A DNA stretch of 58,848 nt, the filler included, from Jimgerdemannia flammicorona (taxonomy: Eukaryota): the NCBI GenBank assembly GCA_003990765.1. It is 2 parts of 2 records of this genome, joined end to end, with 100 filler letters (N's around TTAATTAATTAA, not from the genome) between each part and the next. Parts side by side here need not be neighbours in the genome. Positions count along the whole stretch, not along the records: positions 1 to 29,387 come from RBNJ01000500.1; 1 more part is not named here. The stretch is one strand, 5' to 3'. How positions within the stretch are numbered: the stretch's first letter is position 1; every line of letters begins with the position of its first letter. Under the pieces are notes generated by a model. That model did not search any database. It was not told the DNA's origin and saw only the letters and a list, made by a program, of their open reading frames with translations. This document shows, in pieces, positions 1 to 12,343 of the stretch. The position numbers were made by a program, and so were the translations under genes.

Positions 1-3000
1 CATCCCCCAACCCTGCCACCAGCTATTTAAAATATCCAACAGCAACCATTCCCACCGTGCCACCCTTTCCCCAACCCCAACCTGACACCTGTCCTCAAAT
101 ACATATACCCAATGCCCCGCCAGCCCAACCTACATAGCCAAGGCCCAGCCAAGGGTCAGCCATTCATCCCCAACCCCTCCCACTAATCGCCAGCGAAGCT
201 CTCCCCATCTCCCCCCTCCCTCCCCTCTACCATCCCCCAACCCTACCCTGTCCATAATACATCTCCAGAACTCCCCCAAAACCTCACACTCACCAAGCCA
301 ATGTTCAGGCGTTTGTACCACTCCACCCTCCTGACCAATATTGAAACAATCCTCGTACTCAAATATCCCACCATCCACCAAGTGACCAGACTGAAAGTTC
401 AACATCACATTCCGCCATAGGATCCGCCACCACACCAACCAGAACTTGGGGGGCAGCCACTGCCTCACCCGTTTGCTCCAGAGCCAGAGTCCATTCCAAT
501 CCCACTCTTCCCCAATTCCAACCCTCTGCCAGGCTTCAGGCCACAGGTCTCCACCTAGGCCTCACAGACACTCCAGACCCTCGCCAAGCTGAAAGCCCTC
601 CACCAGAACACCACCCAATAGAAGCCTGTCCCATCTCCACATCTGTGGTCCCCAAACCTCCTTGGCCTCGTCACCTCGCCACTGAAGTCCAATTTTCTTA
701 GCACCATCTACCACTCCCCACCAAAATCCTGTAAACCACATCCTCTGGCTCCCTTCCATGGCCACCATTGCAAGCAGGTCACCAGAGCCACCATGTGGGG
801 AATATCGAACCTCCCACAACCTCTGCATGAGTGGCACTCACTCCCGACCTCTAAGCTCACTTGCCCTCCTTAGCCACCAGGCCTTCAGACATAGAAGCCA
901 TTTAGTAAAGTCCACTAAGCCCAGCCCACCTCTTTCCAAGGGCAGTGTGAGCACCTCCCAACCAATCTGGCTCCACCGCCCTCCCCAAATCTATGACCTC
1001 GCTATCTTCAACAACCCCTTAACCACCCAAGGTGGGAAATCCAAATGATATCCAACATACCACAGCTTTGGCATCCAGTACACATTCAACACCATCACCC
1101 TTCCGGCCAGGGACATATGCCAGCCTCCCCATCACATCAAGACATTACCCCACTCCAGCAGTTTATGGTCCCACTATGCCCAGGGGAGAAGAGATCTGAA
1201 TACCGAGAAGTAGATCCCCAAGTAGCACACTGGTTCACCAGCCAGAACCACCATACCAATAACATTGCTGCCAATAATTCCAGCACCCAGCACCAGTGTC
1301 TGGCATTTATGCCAGTTCAGTTTAGCACCAGAACCCTGCACATACCATTCCACCATCCTCTGTAACTCTCTAACATCCCCCAAGGAACCCAGCCCGACCA
1401 CCATATCATCGGCAAAGGCCCCCACCTTCCAGTTCACCCCTAAAATGTCCAAACCTCTAAACTTATGCCGAATCCTGTCCAGTAGTGGCTCCAGGGAAAG
1501 GGCATACAATATGGGTAACAAGGGGTCCCCTTGTGGCACCCCATGGCCCAGGGGGAAGGTCACCCCCCAGTGGCCATTGATGACCAGTGCCACCTGACTG
1601 TCCTCCAAGAGGCTGATTAATGAACCTCAGAACCCCAGGGGGATACCAATCCGCTTCAGCACTCCCTCCAGCCATATTCTCCACACTCTATTATAAGCCT
1701 TCTCCTGGTCCAGAAACACCAATCTACCATCCACCCCTGTAGCCTGGGCACCTTCAATCACTCCATGAACCCAGGCCATCCCATCTCGAATCAACTGACC
1801 ACCAACAAACCCACGTTGCTCCAAACCAAGCACCTGCTGAGCAATCACTTGCAACCTCATCACCAAGATTTTCGTCACCAATTTGTGGTCCATGTCCAGA
1901 AGCATAATTGGCTGCCAGTTCCTCCAATCCTCATGCCTGCCCTTGTTCTTATATAGCAAGGAGACTAGCCCTAAGTGCTGTCCCTCAATCCAGGCACCAG
2001 ACTGAAGAACTTCATCACACATAGCAATCATTTCCTCTAGCACCTCACTCACCCCTGTCATCTTCTGCCAAAAATCCCAGGGGAGACCATCCTCTCCCAG
2101 GGCTGTCCCTTTACTCGTAGAGGCCACCACCTTGCAAATCTCCTCACTGCTCACTGGGTCCCCCAATGCCCCAAGTCCCATCACAGGGTCTGGGTGCCAA
2201 TCCCCCAGCTGCCTTTCAATGTCCAGAGCATCCAGTCCCCCTTCATCCTCACTCCAAAGATTCCTCCACTGGGATCGCAATAGGCCCAAAATTGCTGGGG
2301 TCCCCACCACCAGCTCGTCATTCTCGTCCAAAACTCCCTCCCACCACTGCCTCGTTTGTCTTGCTTATAACAACTGTGACAAAAACCTGGTAGGTCTCTC
2401 CCCTTCCTCAAGCCCCTGCCATCGCAAGCGGGCCACCATCCCCTGCAACTGCTCCTCCTCCTCCCTTCTTAGCACCCCTTTGAGCTCCTCCATCTCCTGT
2501 CGGATTCTCGCAATATGCCAATCAGCCTCGGCCCTATTCTCCAGCACACCCACCCATCTCTCCATGAGCACTGCCAGACACCGTAAGGCCCACATCACCC
2601 ACCGCCTTTACTGGGCACTCTTTCCTTTCCCTGCTTCCCTCCAATACCCCTGAGCCTTCACCTTCAACCTTCTCCAGTGGTCCCCAATCGCCAGTCCTTG
2701 ATCCTGCCACCTGACAATATCTCCAACCACCTCTGTTTCCCAGCCCTCCCACAACACCCTATCCTCCAAATAGGAAGAATTTAGCCACCAATGTCTAGGC
2801 CCATCCTCCTTTCCCCCAAATCTCCCCCCTCCAAGCAACCCCCAATGATCAGACCATGGACACCATATGACTCCCAGCACCGTCCAGACATCTGCTCCCC
2901 AACACTCTGCTATTAGAACCCAGTCAATCCTAGAGCCCAGTCCTGCTGCCCAATGGGTGTACACCTGCCGATCAGCCCAAAAATGTCTCCCTGAGTCCAC

Positions 3001-3525
3001 TAAAGAACACAACCTTTCCATCTCCAACCAGTCTGCCAACCCACCACTTTCACCTCACATGCCTCTCCCTCCATCAGTTCTGTCCAACTCCTTATCCTAT
3101 ACCATGTTGAAGTCACCCCCCATACAGTCAAGCCCAACTTCTCCCAATAAACCAGCCTCTTTCAATCCACAAATCAAATCCACTCTCTCCCCTCTCTCAG
3201 CCAGCCAGTAATAAGATCCAACCATCAGCGAGCCCCATCCAGGCCTCTTCCACACTCCCCATACCACCCAAGACCCCCAATGTCCAATGTCCCCAATGTC
3301 CCCTATCCCTTTCTGAACAAGAATACCCACTTTCCCCCTCCAAACTGCTGCACCCCCCCATTCCTTAGTCCAATCCTGTAAATCCACATCTGCATCATAT
3401 CGAACATCCTATAACAAGAAGAGGTCCGCATCCAGACCCCGAAGCCAACCAAAGATGTACTTCCTCCTAGCCGCGCCCCGTAACCCATTAACGTTCAATG
3501 AGAATATCCTAGTTGTACTGTTCAT
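1..3525 (-). pseudogene. LINE-A ORF2 (APE endonuclease, reverse transcriptase, C-terminal zinc knuckle), broken by stops and frameshifts
   Basis: ATG at 3525 gives MNSTTRIFSLNVNGLRG. Motifs GGDFN, SRIDWVL, SDH, WWLNSS, EGERPTRF, GEDGLPWDFW, LDQEKAY, GVPQGDPL, AFADD and TPEHWLGEC occur in L1-clade order. Confidence 0.93.
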
Positions 3526-3529
3526 ATTG

Positions 3530-4404
3530 AATAGACATTGTAGAAGAGACCCCAACCTATAATTCCATACTCATCTCATCCCTCGCCAGGTCCAAGCGCC
3601 ACTCAGCTTCCAATTCATCCTCCAAAATATCCCGAGCATCCAGTGCCCCCAAGATTTCCTGACACTCCACTCTGTCCACCTCCTCCATATCTGCCTGGTA
3701 ATCCAAGCAGACTGCACATCACTTCTCTAGTCCCTTCCTTGAATTCCATAAGAAAAGTGCCCTGTCACTCACAATCCTTCTAAGTTCCTCCTCTTGCTGA
3801 TCATCAACCTGATACTCAACTGACTCCAGGAGGACAGCCAAGATCTCATTCCTCATCTTCCTTGGCACCTCTTTCCCATGTAGAATCTCCTCCCAATGCC
3901 TCTCTTCCATCACTCTAAAGTCCTCACCCCCCAGCTCTTCAGCCGCTACCCCTTCCAGGGTCTTCCACATCCACTTCTCCTCATCTACCACCTCTGCCAC
4001 CCCCTGAGCAATTTGACCCCCATCCACTTCAGGGTCCACCAGTGCACTCCTCCTCACTGACTCATCCCACTCCTCATCCGGCACATCCATCAGCTCCTCC
4101 TCGCCTTCTGCCCCATTTGGAACACTATACTGAGAGTGCCCACCTTCACCCATTTCGGCATCCACCTCCAAATTAACCTCCCTCCCCTCCCCGACTCCAA
4201 TCTGAGCCCTGCCCTGCGCCAACTCTCCCCCTTCAGCCCAGGTGCTCTCTTGCAACCCTGCAACCCCCTCCCCAGAACTTCCACCAGCCCTACCCCCACC
4301 CAACTTCGCCAACAACTCCTTCTGGATTCTCTTCCCCTGCATCTTCTCCCAGGCCCCCTTCTCCATGCGGACCTTCTTCCCATCTACCTCCCCCACTATC
4401 TTGA
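3530..4404 (-). pseudogene. LINE-A ORF1, C-terminal part
   Basis: ORF 3719-4396 is homologous to LINE-B ORF1: ELMDVPDEEWDE vs ELADVSKEEWDE, and EILAVLLESVEYQVD vs EILAILLEEEGYEVD. Confidence 0.8.
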
Positions 4405-7400
4405 GCCACTACATAGTTCTTCTTGTCTTGTTGTATGTGTTGGTTTCTCCTAAGTATCCTTGCTCATGTACTTCCTTCATTACTTGATACTTCTTGTATT
4501 CAGATATTACTAGCTTTTCTCCTTTTCTGAGTACAGTGTTGTCTAGTTCAAACTGTTTCCAAGTCCAGTTGATAATGGTGATTGTCCAGGGTTTGAGGTG
4601 GTTGGCCATCTTCCACAGCCTAAGATAGCTAATTAATCCATAGTATAGCTCCTTATTCATGTTGAATAATCTTGATGGGGGTGTTTCATGGTGTCCTTGA
4701 GAGTGCATCAGCATTGGTGTTGGTCTTTCCTGAGCAGTGCTTGACAGTACAGTCATACTCTTGCAGCCTGTATATCTATCTGACATATATTCCTTTGGGG
4801 TTCAGGGTGTGGAATAGCCAGGCAAGAGTGGAGTAGTCTGTTTGAATGGTGAAGTGTTTCCCAGCTAGATAGTAGTGGAACTTGTCTACTGCCCAACCAC
4901 TGCTAAGCATTCAAGCTTACATGACTCATAGTTCTGTTCTGCTCTGCGGGTACCTTGGCTTGCATAGGAGATGAGATATTCATATCTATCTATCTACTGA
5001 GCTAGAACTGCCCCAAGTCCTATAGCACTTGCATCTGTCTGCAGGATGAATTCTAGATTCCAATCTGGTCTTCTGAGGATAGGTGCTTGGGTCAATCTGG
5101 TCTTGAGTTCATTGAAGGTTTCTTGGTACTCCTTGGTCCATTCGAATTTGGTCTCCTTCTTCAGTAGCTCATAGATAGGTACTGCAATATTGGAGTATTC
5201 TTTGATAAATCTTCTGTAGTAGCTGGCCAGTCTAAGGAAGGCATGGACTTCTATAGTTGTTCTGGGTCTCGGGTAGACTGCAATAGCCTCAATCTTCATG
5301 GGGTCTGTGTGGATTCTGGTCTGGTTGATGAGGTGTCCTAGATAGGTGATTTCTTGAGCTGTAAACTTGCATTTCTTGGGCTTAATATAGAGGCCATACT
5401 CCTTGAGCTTCTTGAGGGCTAGCTGTATATGATTGACATGTTTCTGTGCTGTATTGCTGAAGATGATCACATCATCAACATAGACAAAGAGCCATTTTCC
5501 AATCTTATTACTGAAGACTCTGTTCATCATTCATTAGAAACTTACTGGGGCATTGCACATTCCAAATGATATTCGCAGGTAGATATAGGTGGCATTAGGT
5601 GTGATGAAGGCTGATTTCTCACTGGCATCTTGAGTGAGACCAATCTGATGGAAGCCTGAGAACAGATCCAAGGTGGTGTAGTATTTGGCTTTGCTTCCAA
5701 GAGTGGTAAGGATTTCTTGAATATTTGGCAAGAGCTGTCTATCCTTCTTGATGATGGCATTGAGCTTCCTGTAGTCAATGCAGAGTCTTAGTACAAACTC
5801 TCCAGGTTTGCTTCCTTTCTTTGGGGCAAGGACAATGGGTGAGGCCCAGGGGCTGATAGCTTGCTTGATGATTCTGGCTTCTTCCATTTCCTTGAGTTCT
5901 GCTCATAGCCACTCTCTATAGACAGGTGGTATGGGTCTGGCTTTCTGGTAGATGGGCTTGGTATCACCAGTGTCAACTTCATAGTAGTACTTGGGTTCTT
6001 GATTGTAGATATCCCTAAAGTCTATAGTAAGTACTTCTTCATTCTGGTGCAGGATCTTGAGAAGTTGTTCCTCCAGGGGAACATTTCTCCAATGGTATAT
6101 GTATGCTTGTTTTGGTTCTTGTCTTTCTTATATTCAAGTTCAGTAATCTTGGTGGCAGCATAGGCTCCTCTTCCAGTAGATCCAAAGCCTTGTTCTCCTC
6201 TCTTGGTCTTGATGAGTTCAATGGCTTCTATGATCTTGGGCTTCTTGATTTCATGGATCAGCATCTGGCCAATCCTGTCATGCTTCTTGACTTCGAAGGG
6301 GGTGGTGTGGTTGTGATTTCTAATTATGAGGAAGATCTTGCCAGTATAATCAGAGTTAATTACTCTTCCTTCAACTGAGATTTTACTTTTGGCCAGACTG
6401 CTCCTGGTCTTGATAATTTCAGTATGGTTTTCTGGCAGCTTGACTCCAATTCCAGTGCCAAGTAGGGTGGTGGTCTGTGGTTCAAGGGTAGCATCTTGAA
6501 TGCTGGCAAGGTCTATTCCTATGGATCCTTCAGCCTTGTATTCTGGAATCTTAGCTTCAAGTTGAAACTTCTTGATCTTGAGGGTGATGTCTGATTCTTG
6601 TTCCTCCGTGTTGTCACTGTCAGCTTGAAGCTCTGGGGGCTGGTCATCTTCTTTGGCTTTCCTTTTTGCTTCAGTGGCTTCTTGCTCATGTTTCTGTTAG
6701 TGGGTTTTCCTGACTTCACTGATATAGGAACAGCAGTTATTCAGGTGTTCAGAGCAGTACATCCTAGTACTATGGGGGCATCTTCCTTGAGGGGCATACC
6801 CATCGATGATCTTATTGTACCACTGCTCATCTGTGAGCTTGGGTGTTTTGTTCTTGTTCTTGTTCACTGAGTGCATAAAGACCTCTGTGTTCTCTTCATC
6901 TCCTTCCTCTATGTCTGATAGAACTCCCTTGTGGACATTGATAGAGACTTGTATCTTTCTTTCTCTATAGTTGATCTGCATCTTCTGGGCATTGAGGTCA
7001 ATGATGGCCTTGGCCTTATGAAGCCATTGGTTGCCAATGAGGATGTCATAGTTTGTGGTGCTTGTAATAATCACGTCTACTGAGATAGTAGCTCCTCCTA
7101 TCTTGATGGGGACTTCTCAGATTTGGCCTAGGGGGGTAGCTCATATACTATCTGCTATGATATAGACTATCTTGGTGGACTCTTCAATGTCCCAACCTAG
7201 GCAGTCAATTGCCTTCTTGCTTATGAGGCATCCTCCAGCACCAGTATCAATAATGGCATCAAAGATATAGTCTTCAATTTGATATGGGGTATAGGCTAAT
7301 GTTTTGCAATAGTCTTTGGATTCTTCACCTGAGTTCTCAGATTCTTCTTATGCATTGTGAGCTTCTACAATCTTATACTCTTGATTCTTGGCAGTAGTTG

Positions 7401-8744
7401 CAAGTCCTACTCTCAACTGCTGTCTGAAGGCAGGGACTTCAGCTAGCTGTCCAAAAGTGGCATTGACCTTCTGTTCCTTGAGATCCTTATAAATATCATA
7501 CTGGTGGATCTTGGTCTTGCACAGCTTCTGTTCCTTCTTGCTTTCACTTTCTCCTAAGACTAGAGTAGTGCCTTCAGTGATTTGGTGGGCAGCTTCATCT
7601 AACTCCATATCTTGATCAATCTCCTCAGATTGGGTCTTGCTTTAAATAGTGACAGCTGGGGTCTTCTTTGGTCTTCCAACTGGCTTGCTGTTGCTCTTCT
7701 TGTCATAGGGCTTGAACCAGATTCTAGTACCTTTAGTAGCAGGGTAGAATTCAAGCTCCTCATAGTTTTCTTCAACATCAGTATCACCAATCTCCTCGAT
7801 GACTACTGCATTGGTTTGTTCTCTGGTTCTGCTAGCATTGCTTGGTTGGGCTTTGTATGTATCTTGTTTTGGTCATGCAATTCTTTGCATAGTGGCCTTC
7901 TTCTCTACATCTGAAGCATGTGATATTACATTCTTCTGTAGCAGCTGCAAATCTCTACACTGGTCTCCTGTTAGCACTTCGGACTTCTCTAACAATATCA
8001 CCAAGGTGTGCAGTCATCTTGGTGAACTGCTTGGTGAGTTCCTCCACTGGGTCAGCTTTGGCTATCTTACAGGTAGGTGAGGTTGGTTGTCTGTTTACAA
8101 CTGTGGCAAGTATGATACTAGTTGACTTTGATGGCTCCATCTTGATGCCAGTTATTTTCTCCATTGAGTGTTCGGCAGGGTATCTGGCAGTCCAATATCT
8201 CTGTGCAAAGACCACTTTCTAATCAAGGGTCAGTGCAGCTGAGGTAGACCAGATTGCTAGGGCAATTTCAGGATGAACTACTTTGAGGAAGGTTGAATCC
8301 ACTATTTGTTCCTTGAGGCAGTCATCATAGCCAGCCAAGACAATCTGGTGGCAGATTTGGGTATAGAATGAGTTGAGATCTTTACTAAGTCCCTGGCAGA
8401 TAGTATTGAGTTGATCCTTGAGAGCTTGCTTGATCTCTTCAGTATAGTATGTTGTTCTGAGGAAGGCCTTCATGTAGGCAAGTTTGGCTGCACCAGCATT
8501 AGTAATGGTGGCTGCATTGAACTTGTCTCTGGCAGGTCCTCTGAGGCTGACTGGTAGAAGGGCCAATTGAGCATCCACACTAAGGACTTGTATGGCGACA
8601 AATTGTTCAAAGTCTTCAATAAAGGTCAGGATTGGCTCTTTAGTAGTATATCCATAGAATGTGGGGGGGTGCATTTCTATCTTGTCTTGAATTCTTACAG
8701 GAGTGACTCTTGTAGTCAGAGTAGTTATTGTGGGGGTTGTTCAT
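4405..8744 (-). pseudogene. G1 gag-pol
   Basis: Gag PPTFYGY..FIEDFEQF and knuckle CFRCREEGHYAKNC (about 7877-7920). Protease AIIDTGAGG (about 7235-7260). RT SPWASPIVL, LCIDYRKLN, LDLFSGFHQI, YVDD. RNase H LQTDAS. Integrase start HEQGYLG. Confidence 0.92.
6170..6575 (-). pseudogene. dut: dUTPase domain of G1, between protease and RT
   Basis: All five trimeric dUTPase motifs: GSIGIDL, KTRSSLA, GRVINSDYTG, DRIGQML, RGEQGFGSTG. Confidence 0.92.
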
Positions 8745-8788
8745 TTTTTAGCTTGAAAGTGAGGGATTTGTCTTGAATCACCAGCCAA

Positions 8789-8797
8789 TGGGTACCA
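8789..8797 (-). promoter_or_regulatory. Primer-binding site of G1, tRNA-Lys-like
   Basis: TGGTACCCA starts 3 nt inside the LTR edge. G2 has TGGTGCCCA. Both derive from TGGCGCCCA by CpG decay. Confidence 0.65.
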
Positions 8798-8800
8798 AGT

Positions 8801-9454
8801 TGTCACATAGTAGTCACTGAGTCCTTCAAATACACCAGATTCTCTTCAAGGTGTATCTCTTAGACTAACTCAAGTTTGTTATAAGCAAGTTCTTATTGGA
8901 GTGCCTTCCCAAGATCTTATAGTCCTCAAACTTCTTATCTTTTACTGTCTTGTTATCTCTTAGATTGCTTGCAAGTTATTGTGTATAAGTGAAATAAGAA
9001 CTGAGGGAACAATATTATATACATTGTTGTATAGTGGGCATTGAGTCCTTCAAATATATCAGATTCTCTTCAAGATATATCTCTTAGACTAACTACAAGT
9101 TTGTTATAAGTAAGTTCTTATTGGAGTACCATCCTAAGGTCTTATAGTCCTCAAACTTCTTTTCTTTAGACTGTCTTGTTATCTCTTAGATTTCTTGTGT
9201 GGAATTGAGTGTAAGTGAACCAGAACTGAGGGGACTATATTATATACATTATCATATAGTAGGCATTGAGTCCGTCAAATATATCAGATTCTCTTCAAGG
9301 TATATCTCTTAGACTAACTACAAGTTTATTATAAGCAAGTTCTTATTAGAGTACCTTCCTAAGGTCTTATAGTCCTCAAACTTCTTATCTTTAAACTATC
9401 TTATTATCTCTTAGATTGCTTGTATAGAATTAAGTATAAGTGAACCAGAACTGA
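8801..9454. repeat. Tandem triplication of a 224-225 bp unit at the PBS-proximal (U5) end of the G1 LTR
   Basis: Units start at 8801, 9025 and 9250 (tgtcacatagtagtcactgagtcc / tgttgtatagtgggcattgagtcc / tatcatatagtaggcattgagtcc). Confidence 0.92.
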
Positions 9455-10042
9455 CTTTATTTCAGAGGAAATAAGAGGGATATTTATACAAAATATAATT
9501 TGATAATTGCTAAGATATAAAGCTAAATATAAATTCCATTAACTAAAACTACTAAGTTCCAGAGTCAGTACTGATGGTTGTACAGGTTCAGGATGCTAGT
9601 ATAATTCAGTGTTACATCAGAATACCAGTGCTGAAACAATTTTGCATCACCTCAGAATGCCAGTGCTGACATTATCTGTTATTACATCAAAATACTGATA
9701 CTGGCATTATCCAGTATAATAAAGAACTTAGAGCAGAAAGTTCAGGACCATGGGGGCTTCATCCTTATTATCAGAGGTCAGGATATCTTCGAAGGAGATG
9801 AGGTCTGTGAATTCATCATTTTTGCATGCTTCGATGTTATGCAGGATGATGTCATTGCTGATGATGTCATCATGTTCAGCAGTGGGAAGGAGGTCTTGAG
9901 CTCTCCAGTCTATGAGGTTCTCTTCTACAAAATAGGGGACAAATGTGGGGTCTTGGAGAGATCAAACCTGGATACTTAGGCCTTGGAATACCAAGATCAA
10001 TCTTTGCAGGAATTGGTCTGGGTTGTCTTGGAGGGTGGGGTG

Positions 10043-10537
10043 TCAGAAGTCTTCTACTTCATCACTATTGAGAGTGATAGTGGACTGGGCTTCTATAGCC
10101 ACCCTGGCTTCTAGTGAATTGATACAGTAGGATGATAGGTTCCTGAAATCTGAGACTCTAACATACTTCAAGTTGGGGATTGAGCATGGTGCTTGCCTGA
10201 AGATCTGATGAATCTTCTTAGCTGTCCTTGTTTCACATATATCCATAGAAGTGGTATCTTGTAGCTCTTGAGTGCTGGCCTGTGGGAACTCCTGGTAGAG
10301 GAGGTTTTCTATTTTGTACTTCTGCTATATTTGGAGACATTTAGTAGCAATGGTGATTCTTGTTTCCATTTCATGGCAATAGAGGATAAAGTGATAGAGA
10401 TCTGTAGTATCCAGGTTAACACTAGGAGTCCTTCTTGAGTGGGTCCTCATGGCTCTTCTGATGTCTTAGAACATTCTTTCCTCAACTGAGATGCCTTGGT
10501 TATTCCTTGACCTTGAGGTTTGGTGGGCAGCAGGCAT
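10043..10537 (-). pseudogene. Accessory ORF3 homologue within the putative U3 of the G1 LTR
   Basis: One frame reads MPAAHQTS...YHFILYCHEMETRI...TRTAKKIHQIFRQAPCSIPNLKYVRVSDF with two in-frame stops. The motif is shared with ORF3 of G2 and B. Confidence 0.6.
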
Positions 10538-10779
10538 TTCATTTATAGTAAGTCTTTAAGCTATTTTGGGATTGGTGGTTCTTGTTGGTTGCTGCTACTG
10601 CAGTTCCTTAATCCTTCTTTTATATTCTTTAGGATGCTTGTACTGTGGTCACAATGACTTACAGTTGGTCATCATTGCTCATCTCATATACTGTATTATC
10701 TTTCTGTGCTTTGATCTGGTGGCTTGCAAGGAAAGGCTGTCTCCTGTGCTGATGTCATCATTCTGGGCTCACTATTACA

Positions 10780-11836
10780 ATATATAAGAGAACTGACTAC
10801 TTGTTAATAGAGAATATTTTTTATTAGTATATTGTCATCATCCTCAGATATAGTGTCTGGCTTTCTTAACTTTACAAAAGTATCTATAGGAGTACCAATA
10901 GACTTACATTTACTTATATTGAAAAATTTAAGAATTATTTAAGCATATATTACTTACAAGACATATATAGTATATATATTTCTATTATATAATAGATATC
11001 TCTAAAAGAATGGACTCATCATCTATATCTATCATCTTGAATTCTTAGTATAGGGCTTCTTTGACTTTATTAAACCTGTTCTTACTAATAATAATGATGA
11101 TATCATCTACTCATATATTGATAAATACTATATTACTATTATTATTATATTAGATATATATATAATTTTCTGTTTTATAATATGTGAATTCATTATTAAT
11201 AAGATATTTATCAATCCTATTATTCTATAACTATACTACTTATTTGATATCATATAGTCTCTTATACAATCTGTATATAAGCTCACTATTTTTATATCTT
11301 TATAATTGATAGATAATCTATATTATAATTCAGAAATACTATCTTTATATCTATTTGATAAATTTTGAGATTGTATACTATACTAATTGTAAGAAGTATC
11401 TCAAGTAAAGTAAGCTTGAATTCTGATGAAAATATTTCATTATAGTATATGTTATAATTCTGAGAGTATCTCTTAGTAATAAAACAAGCTTTATATCACT
11501 CTGTACTTTCATTACTCTTATGTTTGATTTTATAGACCCACTTTGATCTAATTAATTGGTGATTCAACAGAGAGATACTAAATTCTATATATTATTCTGA
11601 ATGAGTAAATTGTATTCTTTATCTATATTTCTTACTATCAGAGCTAGTTAGAGTTTTGTCATATATATTTAGCTCATCAGATGATATCACAATATATATA
11701 CATTTGTATACTTCTGTATAGCTCATATGATCTGTATATTACTATTATCTAGGGCTTACCGATATATTCTAATAATTTCCAAAATCAGAATGAGTTTCTC
11801 AATAAATATTAGAGCACTTTTGCTTATTCTTCATAG
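10780..11836 (-). mobile_element. Ty1/Copia remnant 1, RT segment, heavily AT-shifted
   Basis: Minus strand reads YKACFITKRYSQNYNIYYNEIFSS (about 11423-11495), a decayed YKARLVAKGYSQxxGIDYNETFSP, and I*VDDII (about 11095-11117). Confidence 0.8.
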
Positions 11837-12302
11837 TGTAATGTAGCAGATGCTTACTCTTGAAAGTACTTTGGATTTCTGTATCTTGAATACTTGATCT
11901 TCTCTGACTCCTCAGAGTCCTTGGGATGCAGGGGTGAATGAGTTCAAAGTGTATCTGCTTGCAGGCTTACTAGTTCCTTTGCTATCTCTTTGCTTTTGAA
12001 CTATTTCGATCTGAGGTTTATTCACTCTAAGATACTGGGTTATTTATACAAGTTTTGCTAACTATAAGGTGGCTAAGTAATGGCTTATTTCGCAAGTATT
12101 GAATCTTTTAACATCTGCTAAGATTTCACTAATTGCAAAGATTCTAACATCTCCTAAATCTTTGCAAATGTTAAAGTTTCTACACTTTGCAGAATATCGC
12201 TGCTATTTATAAGGCTAAGCTATATTGTGAATCAGATTCAGGTACTGCGATCAAATGTCTAATTCTCCTGTTTCATGTTACTAATTTGGATTGGCTGTCA
12301 TA
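11837..12302 (-). repeat. 3' LTR of G2
   Basis: Direct repeat of 18061-18514 with an 11-bp indel near the left end; abuts the PPT. Confidence 0.92.
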
Positions 12303-12343
12303 TCTCCCTCCTGAATAGGTAATTTGTCTCAGGAGCATCCTAT

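Larger units (their letters stand above)
1..4404 (-). mobile_element. Non-LTR retrotransposon LINE-A (L1/Tx1-like), 5'-truncated in ORF1, 3' end outside the window; inserted into the Gypsy G1 integrase
   Basis: Minus-strand fragments give APE endonuclease, RT and C-terminal C/H motifs. The G-rich sense strand ends abruptly at about 4404, where Gypsy integrase sequence (RRTM*W) begins. Confidence 0.93.
4405..10779 (-). mobile_element. Ty3/Gypsy LTR retrotransposon G1 (dUTPase-encoding); 3' part cut off by LINE-A
   Basis: Order gag-PR-dUTPase-RT-RNaseH-IN on the minus strand. PBS next to the TGTCACA LTR edge at 8801. The outer boundary is inferred from TATTACA at 10773-10779 followed by AT-rich Copia sequence. 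Confidence 0.9.
8801..10779 (-). repeat. Putative 5' LTR of G1, about 2 kb
   Basis: TGTCACA...TATTACA termini. Minus-strand TATAAATA near 9481-9488 and AATAAA near 9456-9461. The partner LTR is outside the window, so the outer end is unverified. Confidence 0.6.
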
